A stretch of 64,000 bases of DNA from Escherichia coli (GCF_003018255.1 NZ_CP027440.1), one strand, 5' to 3'. Positions 37,598 to 49,353 are shown, counted from the stretch's first letter. The notes: generated from the letters alone by a model not told the origin. Numbers and translations: made by a program.

Positions 37598-37864
37598 TCA
37601 AGCCACTTCTCTGGCGTCCACCTGGTATCTGCTGGGCCAGATTACAGCAGGTTCAACCCCTATTTTTTCGGCGATGGCGGCTTCGTATTTACGGCACTGG
37701 CGGTAAAACACATTGCGCATTGATCCGCTTTTTAATCCTAACTCCCTTTCCAGTTCAGGGAGGTCTGTGCCTTTGTTTTCAAGGGCTGCATATACCGCTT
37801 TAGCAGACCAGTCACACCCCTCTCGAACAAACAAATTATTCGATGCTTGTCTGGATACCCTCAT
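37598..37864 (-). CDS. ner: Ner-like DNA-binding regulator
   Basis: C-terminal EPAVIWPSRYQ matches Mu Ner. Confidence 0.8.
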   Translation of the reverse strand: MRVSRQASNNLFVREGCDWSAKAVYAALENKGTDLPELERELGLKSGSMRNVFYRQCRKYEAAIAEKIGVEPAVIWPSRYQVDAREVA

Positions 37865-38020
37865 TGTGTGATCCTCTCATGTTTACCTGAACCGATAATC
37901 AAAACCGGTTATCGATTTAGGTAAATCATAATCGCAAAATAATTCGATATCAACGGTTTTTTGCGAGCATATCGAAATTAAATGCGATGTCGATAATTTC
38001 TTTGTTTTATAGGGGGTTAT
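37865..38020. promoter_or_regulatory. Divergent early/repressor promoter-operator region
   Basis: 156-bp gap between divergent ner and repressor genes with repeated TCGATA/TTATCG motifs. Confidence 0.55.
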
Positions 38021-38632
38021 ATGGATAAGGCAGAAAAAACCGTATCCAGTGCGGAACGGTTTATTGATATGGAAGGAATAAACCGATTTTCAGAACGCTT
38101 AGCTATGGCTATGGGAAACATGACAAACGTCGAACTGGCGACCCTTTGTGGACTATCTGAAGCCACAGTAAGAAATTACAGGAAGGGGAAAAACTTCCCT
38201 CCTTTGGATAAACTGGCCTTAATAGCTAAAGCCTGTAATTGTTCACTCGAATGGTTGGCCACAGGCAAGAACGAAGATGAATGCGGAAAAATCGAAAACA
38301 ATTGCGATTCAGGTTCGGGTATTGATCAGGCGCTTAGCTCTCTAAGCCCCCAAGAGAAGCAATTAATCCTTACATTCATCAGGCGAGAAGGTACTAATAA
38401 CCTTGTCAGGCTGGCAGCAATGAATACATCTACAATCAGCCAGGATGCGGTAGAAAGCATCATTGATGCCTTGCCATTACGTCCCGTACTAAAAAATGCA
38501 ATAAAGATAGGAATGGCGGGAAGTGAAGAAACAGACAAAGAGATTTTGCGCGTTATTGAGAAGTACAACTCGAGCAATAACGCCACCCAGGAATCAGGGG
38601 CAGTGACAGTAAAGAAAAATGTTGTTGGTTAA
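38021..38632 (+). CDS. Prophage repressor (c-like, HTH)
   Basis: 203 aa with HTH (VELATLCGLSEATVRNYRKGK), divergent from ner/A/B. Confidence 0.75.
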   Translation: MDKAEKTVSSAERFIDMEGINRFSERLAMAMGNMTNVELATLCGLSEATVRNYRKGKNFPPLDKLALIAKACNCSLEWLATGKNEDECGKIENNCDSGSGIDQALSSLSPQEKQLILTFIRREGTNNLVRLAAMNTSTISQDAVESIIDALPLRPVLKNAIKIGMAGSEETDKEILRVIEKYNSSNNATQESGAVTVKKNVVG

Positions 38633-38778
38633 GCGCCATCGCTATCATGAGGTGGTGCTGTAAATACATATAGAGATCATATGACTCATCCCAAGATAAT
38701 CACGCTATTGAATAGTAATTCATGATGATTATCATACTGATTATAGTTAGATCGATTATGTGAGCATTTTGGCAGTTT

Positions 38779-38812
38779 GAAGATGTTTTGAAGATGTTTT
38801 GAAGAAGATTTT
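38779..38812. repeat. Tandem repeat (gaagatgtttt x2 plus partial third) near left end
   Basis: Direct sequence repetition at 38779-38812. Confidence 0.6.
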
Positions 38813-38828
38813 AAGGGTAAATTAGCAG

Positions 38829-38983
38829 TATCAAATGTGTCGCCGTTTTTTGATCTTTTGACTATTTGTTGAGCAGTCGGTATCAAAAAGAGTTTTCCGT
38901 CCGAAGTATACATCACCTGTTTTATTTCAGCATCTTACAGGTGATTTCACCTCCTTTCACTAAAACCCTTGTCGGTATCAAAT
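38829..38983. repeat. Left-end transposase-binding site cluster (three GTATCAAA repeats)
   Basis: gtatcaaa at 38829, ggtatcaaaaa at 38879, ggtatcaaa at 38974; inverted copies of the right-end sites. Confidence 0.6.
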
Positions 38984-38999
38984 GATTCACCTGGTTACA

Positions 39000-39311
39000 A
39001 ACGATGGATTGATTGATAACCTGCCACAAGGATGTTGCGTGGAAGTAGCCTGTCTGGTTGATGCTAATGGCATTCAGCCGACCAAAGTCGGTACGTTACC
39101 TTCGCATCTGGCCGCCCTGATGCAAACCAACATCAACGTACAGACGCTGCTGACCGAAGCCATTCTTACGGAAAATCGCGACCGTGTTTACCACGCTGCG
39201 ATGATGGACCCGCATACTGCCGCCGTGCTGGGCATTGATGAAATATATGCTCTTGTTGACGACCTGATTGCCGCCCACGGCGACTGGCTGCCAGGCTGGT
39301 TGCACCGTTAA
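39000..39311 (+). pseudogene. melA: melA alpha-galactosidase, 3' fragment downstream of prophage
   Basis: NDGLIDNLPQGCCVEV...DWLPGWLHR* continues the frame broken at 159. Confidence 0.7.
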
Positions 39312-39958
39312 GGGGTAATCGCTTCCGGCGCTCTGGTGATTAAGCCAAAGCGCCGTAGCTGGCGGCAATGAAAGCGAGCGAGGAATATCACCGTCGTTAA
39401 TGCGCCAAGCAGCGCGCAGAACATATCGGATTGCGTGTCCCACTGGTCGCCCTGGGTGCCGAGAAAATCATCCGCTCCCTGACCCATTGCCAGCGCCGCC
39501 CACCACTCGATTAATTCATACATCGCGCTTATCGCCAGCGCCACGCAGCAGACCAGAAACGCCACCATCTTATGTCCGTGAACGTACATCCCGCGCACAA
39601 GGATCTCTCGTGCCACCAGTGCAGGCACCAGCCCCTGGAAAAAATGTCCCAGTTTGTCATACGGATTACGGCTCAACCCCAGCCATTCCTGCACCTCAAA
39701 ACCAACGGGGACTTTCGCGTAGGTGTATTGTCCGCCGACCATCAGGATGATGGCGTGAAAGAAAATGAGCGTATAGAGCAGCGGCGTTAACGGATAACGT
39801 TTAGCGGTGGCAAGCAGTAGCGGCACGACAATAATCACCGGTGTCACTTCCATCAGCCAGGTGAGTTTGTCATTGGCCGAAATGCCGGTATAAATCAGGA
39901 TTAACGTTAGCGCCAGTGCGCCGGTGTTAAGAATTAACGGCTTGAGTGTGCGGGTCAT
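39308..39958 (-). CDS. yjdF: Inner membrane protein YjdF
   Basis: Multi-TM 216-aa ORF at the expected position upstream of fumB. Confidence 0.75.
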   Translation of the reverse strand: MTRTLKPLILNTGALALTLILIYTGISANDKLTWLMEVTPVIIVVPLLLATAKRYPLTPLLYTLIFFHAIILMVGGQYTYAKVPVGFEVQEWLGLSRNPYDKLGHFFQGLVPALVAREILVRGMYVHGHKMVAFLVCCVALAISAMYELIEWWAALAMGQGADDFLGTQGDQWDTQSDMFCALLGALTTVIFLARFHCRQLRRFGLITRAPEAITP

Positions 39959-40080
39959 GGTGAGTTCGCAAGTCAGGGAAAATACTGACTATTGACCAGT
40001 AAGCGTGAAATTACAATCGCAAAAGAGGTGGCCCAGGGGGATCACCTGGCAGCATGCTGCCAGGCGCTGGGCCGAAGAGG

Positions 40081-41727
40081 TTACTTAGTGCAGTTCGCGC
40101 ACTGTTTGTTGACGATTTGCTGGAAGAAGTCGTTACCTTTGTCATCGACCAGGATAAACGCCGGGAAATCTTCTACTTCGATTTTCCAGATAGCTTCCAT
40201 ACCCAGCTCCGGATAAGCGACGCATTCCAGATGCTTGATGCTCTGCTGCGCCAGTACCGCCGCCGGACCGCCGATACTACCGAGGTAGAAGCCGCCATGT
40301 TTATGACACGCGTCGGTAACCTGCTGACTGCGGTTACCTTTCGCCAGCATGATCATGCTGCCGCCGTGGGATTGCAGCAGATCCACGTAGGAGTCCATAC
40401 GACCTGCGGTGGTTGGGCCAAGTGAACCTGATGGATAACCGGCAGGGGTTTTCGCCGGACCCGCGTAGTAGATCGGGTGATCTTTGATGTACTGCGGCAG
40501 TTCTTTACCGGCGTCAATCAGCTCTTTCAGCTTGGCGTGTGCAATATCTCGGCCCACGATAATGGTGCCGGTGAGCGACAAACGAGTGGAAACCGGATAT
40601 TGCGAAAGCTGGGCGAGGATCTCTTTCATCGGGCGGTTAAGGTCGACCTTCACCGCTTCGCCTTCACCGGCCTGGCGCAGTTCTTGTGGAATGTACTGGC
40701 CTGGATTGCGTTCCAGCTTTTCGATCCAGATACCTTCGCGGTTGATTTTCGCTTTAATGTTACGGTCAGCGGAGCAGGAGACGCCCATGCCTACCGGGCA
40801 GGATGCACCGTGACGCGGCAGACGGATAACGCGAATATCGTGCGCGAAGTATTTACCACCAAACTGCGCGCCAAGACCGAGTTTCTGGGCCTCTTCCAGC
40901 AGTTCCTGTTCCAGCTGGACATCGCGGAACGCCTGACCATGTTCGTTCCCTTCCGTCGGCAGTTCATCGTAATAGTGGGCGCTTGCTAACTTGACGGTTT
41001 TCAGGTTGGTTTCCGCAGACGTACCGCCAATCACAAACGCGATATGGTACGGCGGGCAAGCTGCCGTACCGAGGGTACGCATTTTCTCGACGAGGAAGTT
41101 TTTCAGTTTGCCGGGCGTCAGCAGGGCTTTGGTTTCCTGGTAGAGATACGTTTTGTTGGCAGAGCCGCCGCCTTTCGCAACGCAAAGGAATTTGTACTCA
41201 TCGCCATCTACCGCGTACAGGTCGATTTGCGCAGGCAGGTTCGTGCCGGTGTTGACCTCTTTATACATGTCCAGCGGCGCGTTCTGTGAATAGCGCAGGT
41301 TATCTTCGATATAGGTGTTATAGACACCTTTCGACAGTGCTTCTTCATCACCGCCACCGGTCCACACGCGCTGGCCTTTTTTACCGACGATGATCGCGGT
41401 GCCGGTATCCTGGCAGGTCGGCAGCACGCCTTTGGCGGCGATTTCGGAGTTTCTTAAGAATTGCAGCGCCACGTACTTGTCGTTTTCGCTGGCTTCTGGA
41501 TCGTGAAGAATAGCCGCAACCTGTTTCTGGTGTGCTGGGCGGAGCATGAAAGAAGCGTCGTGAAAGGCTTGCTGCGCCAGCAGGGTCAGGGCTTCTGGTT
41601 CCACTTTCAGGATGGTTTCGCCGTCGAAGTCGGCAACGCTAACGTAATCGGAAGTGAGTAGATAGTATTCGGTATTGTCTTTCCCCATCGGGAAAGGTGC
41701 CTGGTAGATAAAGGGTTTGTTTGACAT
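40081..41727 (-). CDS. fumB: Fumarate hydratase class I, anaerobic
   Basis: 548 aa, [24 protein letters not shown]... Confidence 0.9.
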   Translation of the reverse strand: MSNKPFIYQAPFPMGKDNTEYYLLTSDYVSVADFDGETILKVEPEALTLLAQQAFHDASFMLRPAHQKQVAAILHDPEASENDKYVALQFLRNSEIAAKGVLPTCQDTGTAIIVGKKGQRVWTGGGDEEALSKGVYNTYIEDNLRYSQNAPLDMYKEVNTGTNLPAQIDLYAVDGDEYKFLCVAKGGGSANKTYLYQETKALLTPGKLKNFLVEKMRTLGTAACPPYHIAFVIGGTSAETNLKTVKLASAHYYDELPTEGNEHGQAFRDVQLEQELLEEAQKLGLGAQFGGKYFAHDIRVIRLPRHGASCPVGMGVSCSADRNIKAKINREGIWIEKLERNPGQYIPQELRQAGEGEAVKVDLNRPMKEILAQLSQYPVSTRLSLTGTIIVGRDIAHAKLKELIDAGKELPQYIKDHPIYYAGPAKTPAGYPSGSLGPTTAGRMDSYVDLLQSHGGSMIMLAKGNRSQQVTDACHKHGGFYLGSIGGPAAVLAQQSIKHLECVAYPELGMEAIWKIEVEDFPAFILVDDKGNDFFQQIVNKQCANCTK

Positions 41728-41804
41728 AGCTTCCAGCCTGTAACTCTGTATTTGTTATTCGAAAATGGCGTGCCGCGTAGTCACGGGCGGCACGCAAAGT
41801 GCAT

Positions 41805-43145
41805 TTATAAGAACCCGTACATCGCGGCGAAGATCCAGCCGAAGACGCACGATACGCTCACACCAATCAACCCCGGCAGAATAAAGCTGTGGTTGATGAC
41901 GAAGCGACCGATGTGGGTGGTGCCGGAACGGTCAAACTGAATCGCTGCCAGATCGCTCGGATAAGTCGGCAGGATGTAATAACCGTAGCAAGCCGGTGCT
42001 GAAGCCACGATGTATGCCGGATCAACGCCGATCGCCAGCGCGACCGGAACAATCGCCGCCAGCGCCGCAGCCTGAGAGTTTACAAACTTGGAAACCAGCA
42101 GCAGAACAATGGCATAGGCCCACGGATACTCTTTCACCATTTCGCCCAGTACGCCCTGAATTTCAGACATATGCGCACCGAACATGGTTTCAGCCATCCA
42201 TGCGATACCGTACACCGCCACGATGGCGATCATACCGGAACGGAAGACTTCGTTTTTTGAGATAGACGCGGGATTGGTTTTGGTCAGGATAATAATCAGC
42301 GCCCCGGTCAGCAGCATAAACATCTGAATAACCAGTACCATCGACAGCGGTTTGCCACCGAAGGATGGACGCAGGTCCGAATCAGCACCAAGAAGTGCGA
42401 CTACAGCGATTGCCCCGAGGAAGATCCACATTGCAAGCCAGTTGCTTTTCGGCAGTTTTTTATCGAGCAGCGTCGCGGTATCACCGTAAACATACTCACG
42501 GTTTTCCGGTATGGAGATGAATTTCTGGAACTCTTCGTCTTTATCCAGATCTTTACCGCGGAACCAGCTGAAGATACCGATCGCCAGGATACCGATTAAC
42601 GTCGATGGAATGGTGATTGCCAGCAGGTCGAGGAACTCAAGATGGCGACCATCAAAGGTGACATTACCCAGCATCGCAACCAGAGACACGACTGCAACCG
42701 ACACCGGACTGGCGATAATCCCCATCTGTGCACCGATAGAACTTGCCGCCATCGGGCGTTCCGGACGGATGTTGTTCTTAATGGCGACGTCGTAGATGAT
42801 CGGCAGAATGGTGTAAACCACATGACCCGTACCGCAAAGAATGGTCAGCGTACAGGTCACAAACGGCGCGACAATTGAGACATATTTCGGGTTGCGGCGC
42901 AGCAGCTTCTCGGCAATTTGCAGCATGACATCAAGACCGCCCGAAGCTTGCAAGGTCGCCGATGCTGCCACCACCGCAATGATAACCAGCATGACATCAA
43001 CCGGTGGTTTACCTGGCTGAAGGTGGAAGACGAAGACCAGAATGACCAGACCGATACCGCCTAATAAACCCAGCGCGATACCACCCTTTCTGGCACCATA
43101 AAACAGACATATCAGTATTATGATAAGTTGGATAGTAAATAACAT
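41805..43145 (-). CDS. dcuB: Anaerobic C4-dicarboxylate transporter DcuB
   Basis: 446-aa polytopic membrane protein, paralogue of DcuA in this window. Confidence 0.9.
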   Translation of the reverse strand: MLFTIQLIIILICLFYGARKGGIALGLLGGIGLVILVFVFHLQPGKPPVDVMLVIIAVVAASATLQASGGLDVMLQIAEKLLRRNPKYVSIVAPFVTCTLTILCGTGHVVYTILPIIYDVAIKNNIRPERPMAASSIGAQMGIIASPVSVAVVSLVAMLGNVTFDGRHLEFLDLLAITIPSTLIGILAIGIFSWFRGKDLDKDEEFQKFISIPENREYVYGDTATLLDKKLPKSNWLAMWIFLGAIAVVALLGADSDLRPSFGGKPLSMVLVIQMFMLLTGALIIILTKTNPASISKNEVFRSGMIAIVAVYGIAWMAETMFGAHMSEIQGVLGEMVKEYPWAYAIVLLLVSKFVNSQAAALAAIVPVALAIGVDPAYIVASAPACYGYYILPTYPSDLAAIQFDRSGTTHIGRFVINHSFILPGLIGVSVSCVFGWIFAAMYGFL

Positions 43146-43715
43146 GTGTGAACCCTCGCGATAATCCTATTTAAATTTTTGCTGAATAGATCACAGTCAC
43201 GTTCTGTTTTGTATGAACTGTTTTCAGAGCCTGACTAAATATCCGTTTGGTCGTTACCGGCTTGAGCAAATACCTCACAGTGAATATTGGCTGATTAAAG
43301 CAGCGGCAAATTTATGCACTGTGATAAGCGGCTTTTTCAGAGAGAAAAACTCTCTGGCGATGGGTTTATAGTTTGTACTGCGCAGATGTTAATGTTTTGT
43401 TTGCTGTTATCTTATTGATATTTATCGGTCTATTTTTTGTTCTCAGGGCAGATATCATTAGGTTTATAGATTAATCTGATCTACCCATTTGTGGGTAAAA
43501 ATACACATAATACGGGTGACATAATAGTTAATTAACTTTTGTTAGCGTTTTGAAATTAAAAACACCGTTCACCTGAAGAGATATTAATTTTTAGCGATGA
43601 TGGAGGGATAATTATATTTGATCTGGCACAAGTTTTACTGATGAAGGATGTAACTTGTGCCAGGGGTATTTTGCATTACAGTAATAATTATTACTTACAG
43701 ATAACCAGCGATCCG

Positions 43716-44435
43716 TTATTGGCAATATTGTTTCAGTAGTGAGTAGTGTTCTGCCTGAATACGGTAACGGTAAACCGGACGCCCCGTGACGCCATAATGG
43801 ATACTGGTGAACAAGATGTGGCAGTTGACCAGCCAGATGAGGTATTTACGGCAGGAAACACGCGAAATGTTAACCTCGTTAGCCAGCTCGTCGGTTGAAA
43901 ACTCATAGTCCTGATGCGCGTCAATCCACTGACACAGCGTGCGTAACGTCTGCGGCGTTAAGCCTTTTGGCAAGCGACGAGGATCCTGCTCGTTGGAGCT
44001 GCTGCCGTGGATTAGCTGATCAAGCTCGGCCTGGTCATAATACTGATGTTTTTCCAGCGCCATTTTCTTTTGCCGCCAGCCGGTGAGCGCCTCTTCAAAG
44101 CGGGAAGCCTGGAAGGGTTTGATCAGGTAATCCACGACACCGTAATGCAGCGAATCTTTAATGGTTGCCGCATCGGCTGCGGAGGAGATGACAATCACAT
44201 CACTTTTGCAACGCGCGTTATGCAGGACAGGCAGTAAATCGAGCCCGTTCTCTTTTTGCATATAGATATCGAGCAATATCAGGTCGATAGGCGTATCGCT
44301 ATTGAAGATAATCTCTTTGGCTTTCTCCAGCGTCGAAGCCGTTCCACAGCATTGAAAGCCCGGGATTTGTGCCACGTATCGGCGATTCAGCTCCGCGACC
44401 ATTGCGTCGTCATCGATAATTAATACATTGATCAT
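43716..44435 (-). CDS. dcuR: Response regulator DcuR
   Basis: 239 aa, receiver domain plus HTH, overlaps dcuS stop. Confidence 0.9.
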   Translation of the reverse strand: MINVLIIDDDAMVAELNRRYVAQIPGFQCCGTASTLEKAKEIIFNSDTPIDLILLDIYMQKENGLDLLPVLHNARCKSDVIVISSAADAATIKDSLHYGVVDYLIKPFQASRFEEALTGWRQKKMALEKHQYYDQAELDQLIHGSSSNEQDPRRLPKGLTPQTLRTLCQWIDAHQDYEFSTDELANEVNISRVSCRKYLIWLVNCHILFTSIHYGVTGRPVYRYRIQAEHYSLLKQYCQ

Positions 44436-46063
44436 CTGTTCGACCTCTCCCCGTCCCAGGGTATCTGGACAAAAAATTGTGTGAAAATCCCGGGTTCCGA
44501 TTCCACGGCGATGCTGCCGCCGAGATTTTCTACCTGTTGTTTGACAAGTGCTAAACCGACGCCTCGCTCGCTTCCTTTTGTCGAGACACCTTTGTCAAAA
44601 ATGTGATCGATTTTGTCGGGTGCGATCCCCGGTCCATCATCGTTAACTTCGCAGTGCAGCCAGCCGTGACGGTAGTGCAATGTTACGCTAATTTCGCCAC
44701 CGGGTTCCGGTCCTAATGCCTCCAGCGCGTTTTCTATCAGATTTCCCAACGTGGTAATCAGCGTCGCGACCTGATCCTCACTACCGCTGTCTGGCAGCTG
44801 GCTTTCACTGTTTAAAATCAGCGTATGGCCTAAATCGGTCGCGCGGTTAATCTTGCTGATTAAAAAACCAGCGATAACCGGAGATTTGATCTTACCCAGC
44901 AGAGAGCCAATCTCTTCCTGATAGTTATTGGCTGTTTTGAGAATGTAATCTTCCAACTGCTTATAACTCTTCAGATGCAATAATCCGAGAATCACATGCA
45001 ATTTATTCATAAATTCGTGGGATCGTTCACGAAGTGCGTCAGCATAGTTGACCAGACCGTCGAGTCGCTGCATCAGTTTACGTACTTCAGTTTTGTCCCT
45101 GAAGGTTGAAATGGCACCGATGATAACGCCATTACTGCGCACCGGAACGGTGTTGATCAGTAATAGTCGGTCCTTAATCGTAATCTCTTCGTCGCGGCGT
45201 GGAGTACCGTCGCGTAACACTTCCGAGACATCTACCACCTGTGACCACGAGTGGCTTAGCGTCGACAGTTTCTCATCGTCCTGCGACTTACGGTAATTCA
45301 GCAATTCTTGTGCGGCATCGTTGATCAGCGTGACTTCACCGCGATCGTCCACGGCAACGACGCCTTCTTTGATAGACTGCAACATGGCCTGGCGTTGCTC
45401 AAACAGCGTGGAGATTTCGTAGGGTTCCAGGCCGAAAAGGATTTTTTTCAGTACTTTAACCAGAATGCAGGTGCCGATCAGCCCGACCAGCATGCCAAAT
45501 AATACCGACCAGATGATGCTCCAGCGACTGTCATTGATCTGTTGGGTCACGCGACTTAACTCAAGGCCGATCGCCACCACGCCAATTTGTTTATGATTTT
45601 CATCGTAGATGGGGGTAAATACGCGTAAAGCCTGCGCCAGAAAACCGCGATTGATAGCGACATTTTCTTCGCCATTCAGCGCTTTAAGGATGTCATCACC
45701 TTTAAATGGCTGACCAATACGCTGGGCTTCAGGATGCGAGTAGCGAAGACTTTGCATATCGGTAACGACAATAAACAGCAGATCGTTGCGTTTGCGCACG
45801 GCTTCCGCGATGGCCTGGATTCCACTCTCCTGTGGTTTTTTCTGCAAGCCCTGACGGATTTCCGGCGAGTCGGCGAGGGTACGCGCTACTGCCAGTGCCT
45901 TGTTAGCTAGCCCGTCTCGCGTCATATCACTGATTTGCGAGAAGTAAATCAGATGCACCACCAATAGCACCGAGAACAGTACCGCGCTGACCATTAAGAT
46001 CACTGTGGTACTCAATTTCATCGGACGTTTGCGTAACATGCGGTAGGGCAATGAATGTCTCAT
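44432..46063 (-). CDS. dcuS: Sensor histidine kinase DcuS
   Basis: 543 aa, TM plus periplasmic domain plus kinase. Confidence 0.9.
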   Translation of the reverse strand: MRHSLPYRMLRKRPMKLSTTVILMVSAVLFSVLLVVHLIYFSQISDMTRDGLANKALAVARTLADSPEIRQGLQKKPQESGIQAIAEAVRKRNDLLFIVVTDMQSLRYSHPEAQRIGQPFKGDDILKALNGEENVAINRGFLAQALRVFTPIYDENHKQIGVVAIGLELSRVTQQINDSRWSIIWSVLFGMLVGLIGTCILVKVLKKILFGLEPYEISTLFEQRQAMLQSIKEGVVAVDDRGEVTLINDAAQELLNYRKSQDDEKLSTLSHSWSQVVDVSEVLRDGTPRRDEEITIKDRLLLINTVPVRSNGVIIGAISTFRDKTEVRKLMQRLDGLVNYADALRERSHEFMNKLHVILGLLHLKSYKQLEDYILKTANNYQEEIGSLLGKIKSPVIAGFLISKINRATDLGHTLILNSESQLPDSGSEDQVATLITTLGNLIENALEALGPEPGGEISVTLHYRHGWLHCEVNDDGPGIAPDKIDHIFDKGVSTKGSERGVGLALVKQQVENLGGSIAVESEPGIFTQFFVQIPWDGERSNR

Positions 46064-46242
46064 CAGCTTCCTTGTGTGACAAATTTCTTAAGCATTATCT
46101 CTGATGAGGCGGGTAATTCAAAGGGAGTAAGAATGATTGGCATATAGGGGAAGAGACTCTGGCAACGGAAACTGCCAGTGCTGTATGAAGATTCCAGGGC
46201 TATGCTTATAGTGAAAACCATACTGATGAGAGAGGGAAGGTC

Positions 46243-46473
46243 ATGGATCAGGCGCTACTGGACAGGGGTTATCGCTGTTATACCGGCGAAAAGATCGATG
46301 TCTATTTCAACACTGCGATATGTCAGCATTCTGGCAATTGCGTACGTGGCAACGGCAAGTTATTTAATCTCAAACGAAAGCCGTGGATCATGCCGGATGA
46401 AGTCGACGTCGCCACTGTGGTTAAAGTGATTGATACGTGCCCGAGCGGCGCGCTGAAATACCGTCATAAATAA
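46243..46473 (+). CDS. yjdI: Uncharacterised protein YjdI
   Basis: 76-aa Cys-rich ORF. Confidence 0.8.
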   Translation: MDQALLDRGYRCYTGEKIDVYFNTAICQHSGNCVRGNGKLFNLKRKPWIMPDEVDVATVVKVIDTCPSGALKYRHK

Positions 46474-46484
46474 GCGAGGGTAAA

Positions 46485-46757
46485 ATGGAAATACGCGAAG
46501 GCCACAATAAATTTTACATTAATGACGAACAGGGCAAGCAAATCGCTGAAATTGTCTTTGTGCCGACCGGAGAGAATTTAGCGATTATCGAACATACCGA
46601 TGTCGATGAAAGCCTGAAAGGGCAAGGGATTGGTAAACAGCTGGTTGCGAAAGTCGTGGAAAAAATGCGTCGGGAAAAACGAAAAATTATCCCACTATGC
46701 CCATTTGCGAAACACGAATTTGATAAAACGCGGGAGTATGATGATATTCGCAGTTGA
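46485..46757 (+). CDS. yjdJ: GNAT-family acetyltransferase YjdJ
   Basis: 90 aa. Confidence 0.8.
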   Translation: MEIREGHNKFYINDEQGKQIAEIVFVPTGENLAIIEHTDVDESLKGQGIGKQLVAKVVEKMRREKRKIIPLCPFAKHEFDKTREYDDIRS

Positions 46758-46983
46758 TGGGAGAGTACAGAGTCACGATATTTTTCATGCTCTCCGCGGT
46801 GTGATGCAGGAGAGCATCTGAAGGGTAGGGGGATGCACAAAGAATGGGCAGAGAGCGCGTTTTTTTGTCCCAAGTCATCCCCTTTACTGAGCAAAAAAAA
46901 GAATATCTCCTATATGAGAATCATCAATCGGGGTTAATAAGTTTTGCGTCCCCAGAGCGTTTAATATTGATAGGAGTCATATT

Positions 46984-47280
46984 ATGGAAGGTAAAAACAA
47001 GTTCAATACTTATGTTGTTTCTTTTGATTATCCATCATCTTATTCCTCAGTGTTCTTAAGGTTAAGATCATTGATGTATGATATGAGTTTCTCCTCTATC
47101 GTGGCTGATGAATATGGGATACCACGACAACTGAATGAAAACTCCTTCGCAATAACGACATCGTTAGCCGCAAGTGAAATCGAAGATTTAATCAGGCTTA
47201 AATGCTTAGACTTACCGGATATTGACTTTGACCTCAACATTATGACAGTTGATGACTATTTCCGTCAGTTTTACAAGTAG
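46984..47280 (+). CDS. ghoS: Type V antitoxin GhoS (endoribonuclease)
   Basis: 98 aa MEGKNKFNTYVVSFDYPSSY... Confidence 0.85.
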   Translation: MEGKNKFNTYVVSFDYPSSYSSVFLRLRSLMYDMSFSSIVADEYGIPRQLNENSFAITTSLAASEIEDLIRLKCLDLPDIDFDLNIMTVDDYFRQFYK

Positions 47281-47307
47281 CCAGGAAGGATAAGAAGAAC
47301 ATAAAAA

Positions 47308-47481
47308 ATGGCACTATTCTCTAAAATATTAATTTTTTATGTGATTGGTGTGAACATATCCTTTGTCATTATCTGGTTTATCTCACATGAGAAAACACAT
47401 ATTCGTTTACTTAGTGCATTTCTGGTCGGAATAACCTGGCCAATGAGTCTGCCTGTGGCATTACTTTTTTCTCTCTTTTAG
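47308..47481 (+). CDS. ghoT: Small membrane toxin GhoT
   Basis: Hand-translated 57-aa ORF MALFSKILIFYVIGVNISFVIIWFISHEKTHIRLLSAFLVGITWPMSLPVALLFSLF. Confidence 0.8.
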   Translation: MALFSKILIFYVIGVNISFVIIWFISHEKTHIRLLSAFLVGITWPMSLPVALLFSLF

Positions 47482-47550
47482 GAGCTGTAGTTGAGTGGAC
47501 CCGCTGGTTATCTTGAAACGAAGCGTCTCTCCTCAAAACTGGATTTGCGG

Positions 47551-47588
47551 AATGACGAACGAAGCAGTCGCCTGACTGCTTCGTTCAT
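47551..47588. terminator. Stem-loop between convergent ghoT and lysU (candidate bidirectional terminator)
   Basis: aatgacgaacgaagcagtc / gactgcttcgttcatt inverted repeat. Confidence 0.4.
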
Positions 47589-47599
47589 TAAAGTGAAAT

Positions 47600-49117
47600 T
47601 TATTTCAGTGGGCGCATCGCCGGGAAGAGAATAACGTCGCGAATAGTATGACTGTTTGTAAACAGCATAATCATTCGGTCGATACCAATACCCAGACCAG
47701 CGGTTGGCGGCAGACCATATTCCAGCGCAGTTACGTAATCTTCGTCATAGAACATGGCTTCGTCGTCACCTGCAGCTTTAGCGTTAACCTGTTCCTGGAA
47801 ACGTTCAGCCTGATCTTCTGCGTCGTTTAATTCGCTAAAACCATTACCAATTTCACGACCACCGATGAAGAATTCAAAACGGTCGGTGATTTCCGGGTTA
47901 ACATCATTACGGCGCGCCAGCGGTGACACTTCTGCCGGATATTCCGTGATAAAGGTTGGCTGAATCAGATGTGCTTCTGCCACTTCATCAAAGATCTCCG
48001 TGACAATGCGTCCCAACCCCCAGCTTTTCTCTACCGTAATTCCGATAGATTCAGCTAATGCTTTAGCAGCATCAAAATTATCCAGATCCGCCATATCGGT
48101 TTCTGGACGATATTTTTTGATTGCTTCGCGCATGGTGAGTTTTTCAAACGGTTTGCCGAAATCAAACACATGCTCGCCATAAGTGACTTTAGTGGTACCC
48201 AGTACCTCTTGTGCCAGAGTGCGGAACAGTGATTCCGTCAGTTCAATCAAATCGTGGTAATCCGCATACGCCATGTAGAGTTCCATCATCGTGAACTCAG
48301 GATTATGACGAACAGAAATACCTTCATTACGGAAGTTACGGTTGATTTCGAATACCCGTTCAAAACCACCTACAACCAGACGTTTCAGATATAGCTCCGG
48401 CGCGATACGCAGGTACATATCTAAATCCAGAGCGTTATGATGGGTAATAAACGGGCGAGCAGATGCTCCACCTGGAATTACCTGCATCATCGGGGTTTCT
48501 ACTTCCATAAAGCCGCGAGCGACCATGAACTGACGGATAGCGGCCAGAATTTTTGAACGGACAACAAACGTTTGACGGGATTTATCGTTAGCGATGAGGT
48601 CCAGATAACGTTGACGATAACGGACTTCCTGATCCTGCAGACCATGGAATTTATCTGGTAAAGGACGTAGTGCTTTAGTCAGCAGGCGCAGCTCAGTACA
48701 GTGAATGGAAAGCTCACCCGTTTGCGTCTTAAACAGCGTACCGCGGGCACCGATAATGTCACCCAGATCCCATTTTTTAAACTGATCGTTATAAACACCT
48801 TCTGGCAGGCTATCTCTTGCAACGTACAGTTGAATACGGCCACCGACATCCTGCAACGTTACAAAGGAGGCTTTCCCCATAATACGACGGGTCATCATTC
48901 GGCCAGCAACCGAGACTTCAATGTTTAAGGATTCCAGTTCCTGGTTATCCTTCGCATCAAACTCTTCGTGCAACTGGTCAGAGGTATGGTCGCGGCGAAA
49001 ATCATTGGGAAACGCCACACCTTGCTGACGTAGTGCCGCCAGTTTTTCGCGGCGATTTCTCAGTTCATCGTTAAAATCAATAGCCTCATTGGCTCCCCGT
49101 GTTTCTCGTTCAGACAT
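47600..49117 (-). CDS. lysU: Lysine--tRNA ligase, heat-inducible
   Basis: Class II aaRS; true start [15 protein letters not shown] at 49117. Confidence 0.9.
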   Translation of the reverse strand: MSERETRGANEAIDFNDELRNRREKLAALRQQGVAFPNDFRRDHTSDQLHEEFDAKDNQELESLNIEVSVAGRMMTRRIMGKASFVTLQDVGGRIQLYVARDSLPEGVYNDQFKKWDLGDIIGARGTLFKTQTGELSIHCTELRLLTKALRPLPDKFHGLQDQEVRYRQRYLDLIANDKSRQTFVVRSKILAAIRQFMVARGFMEVETPMMQVIPGGASARPFITHHNALDLDMYLRIAPELYLKRLVVGGFERVFEINRNFRNEGISVRHNPEFTMMELYMAYADYHDLIELTESLFRTLAQEVLGTTKVTYGEHVFDFGKPFEKLTMREAIKKYRPETDMADLDNFDAAKALAESIGITVEKSWGLGRIVTEIFDEVAEAHLIQPTFITEYPAEVSPLARRNDVNPEITDRFEFFIGGREIGNGFSELNDAEDQAERFQEQVNAKAAGDDEAMFYDEDYVTALEYGLPPTAGLGIGIDRMIMLFTNSHTIRDVILFPAMRPLK

Positions 49118-49353
49118 TTTGGTTCCTCTAAATCCAGCTTTCAATTTAGCGTAGATAAAGAGACAGATCGGTACACTGTATTATCTGCCTCGACTATTAA
49201 TAACTCAGTTTATCTTATCGAAACTAACGCTTACCTCAAGTTGATATCACTAATAAATAACCATAAAAATGGTTTAAATGACTTATTAATCTCGATTTGC
49301 TAGTGTGATAAACTGAAAGTTAATTTATTCATAACCAATTGTTTTTACGACAG

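Larger units (their letters stand above)
160..38999. mobile_element. Mu-like transposable prophage, ~38.8 kb, apparently complete; phage map inverted relative to window
   Basis: Full Mu gene order recognisable on minus strand (c/ner/A/B/gam/gemA/mor/lys/terminase/portal/F/I/T/sheath/tube/TMP/N/P/baseplate/S/U/gin/com/mom); ends carry inverted TTTGATACCG-type repeats; left terminus reads TGTAACC... on minus strand. Confidence 0.9.
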
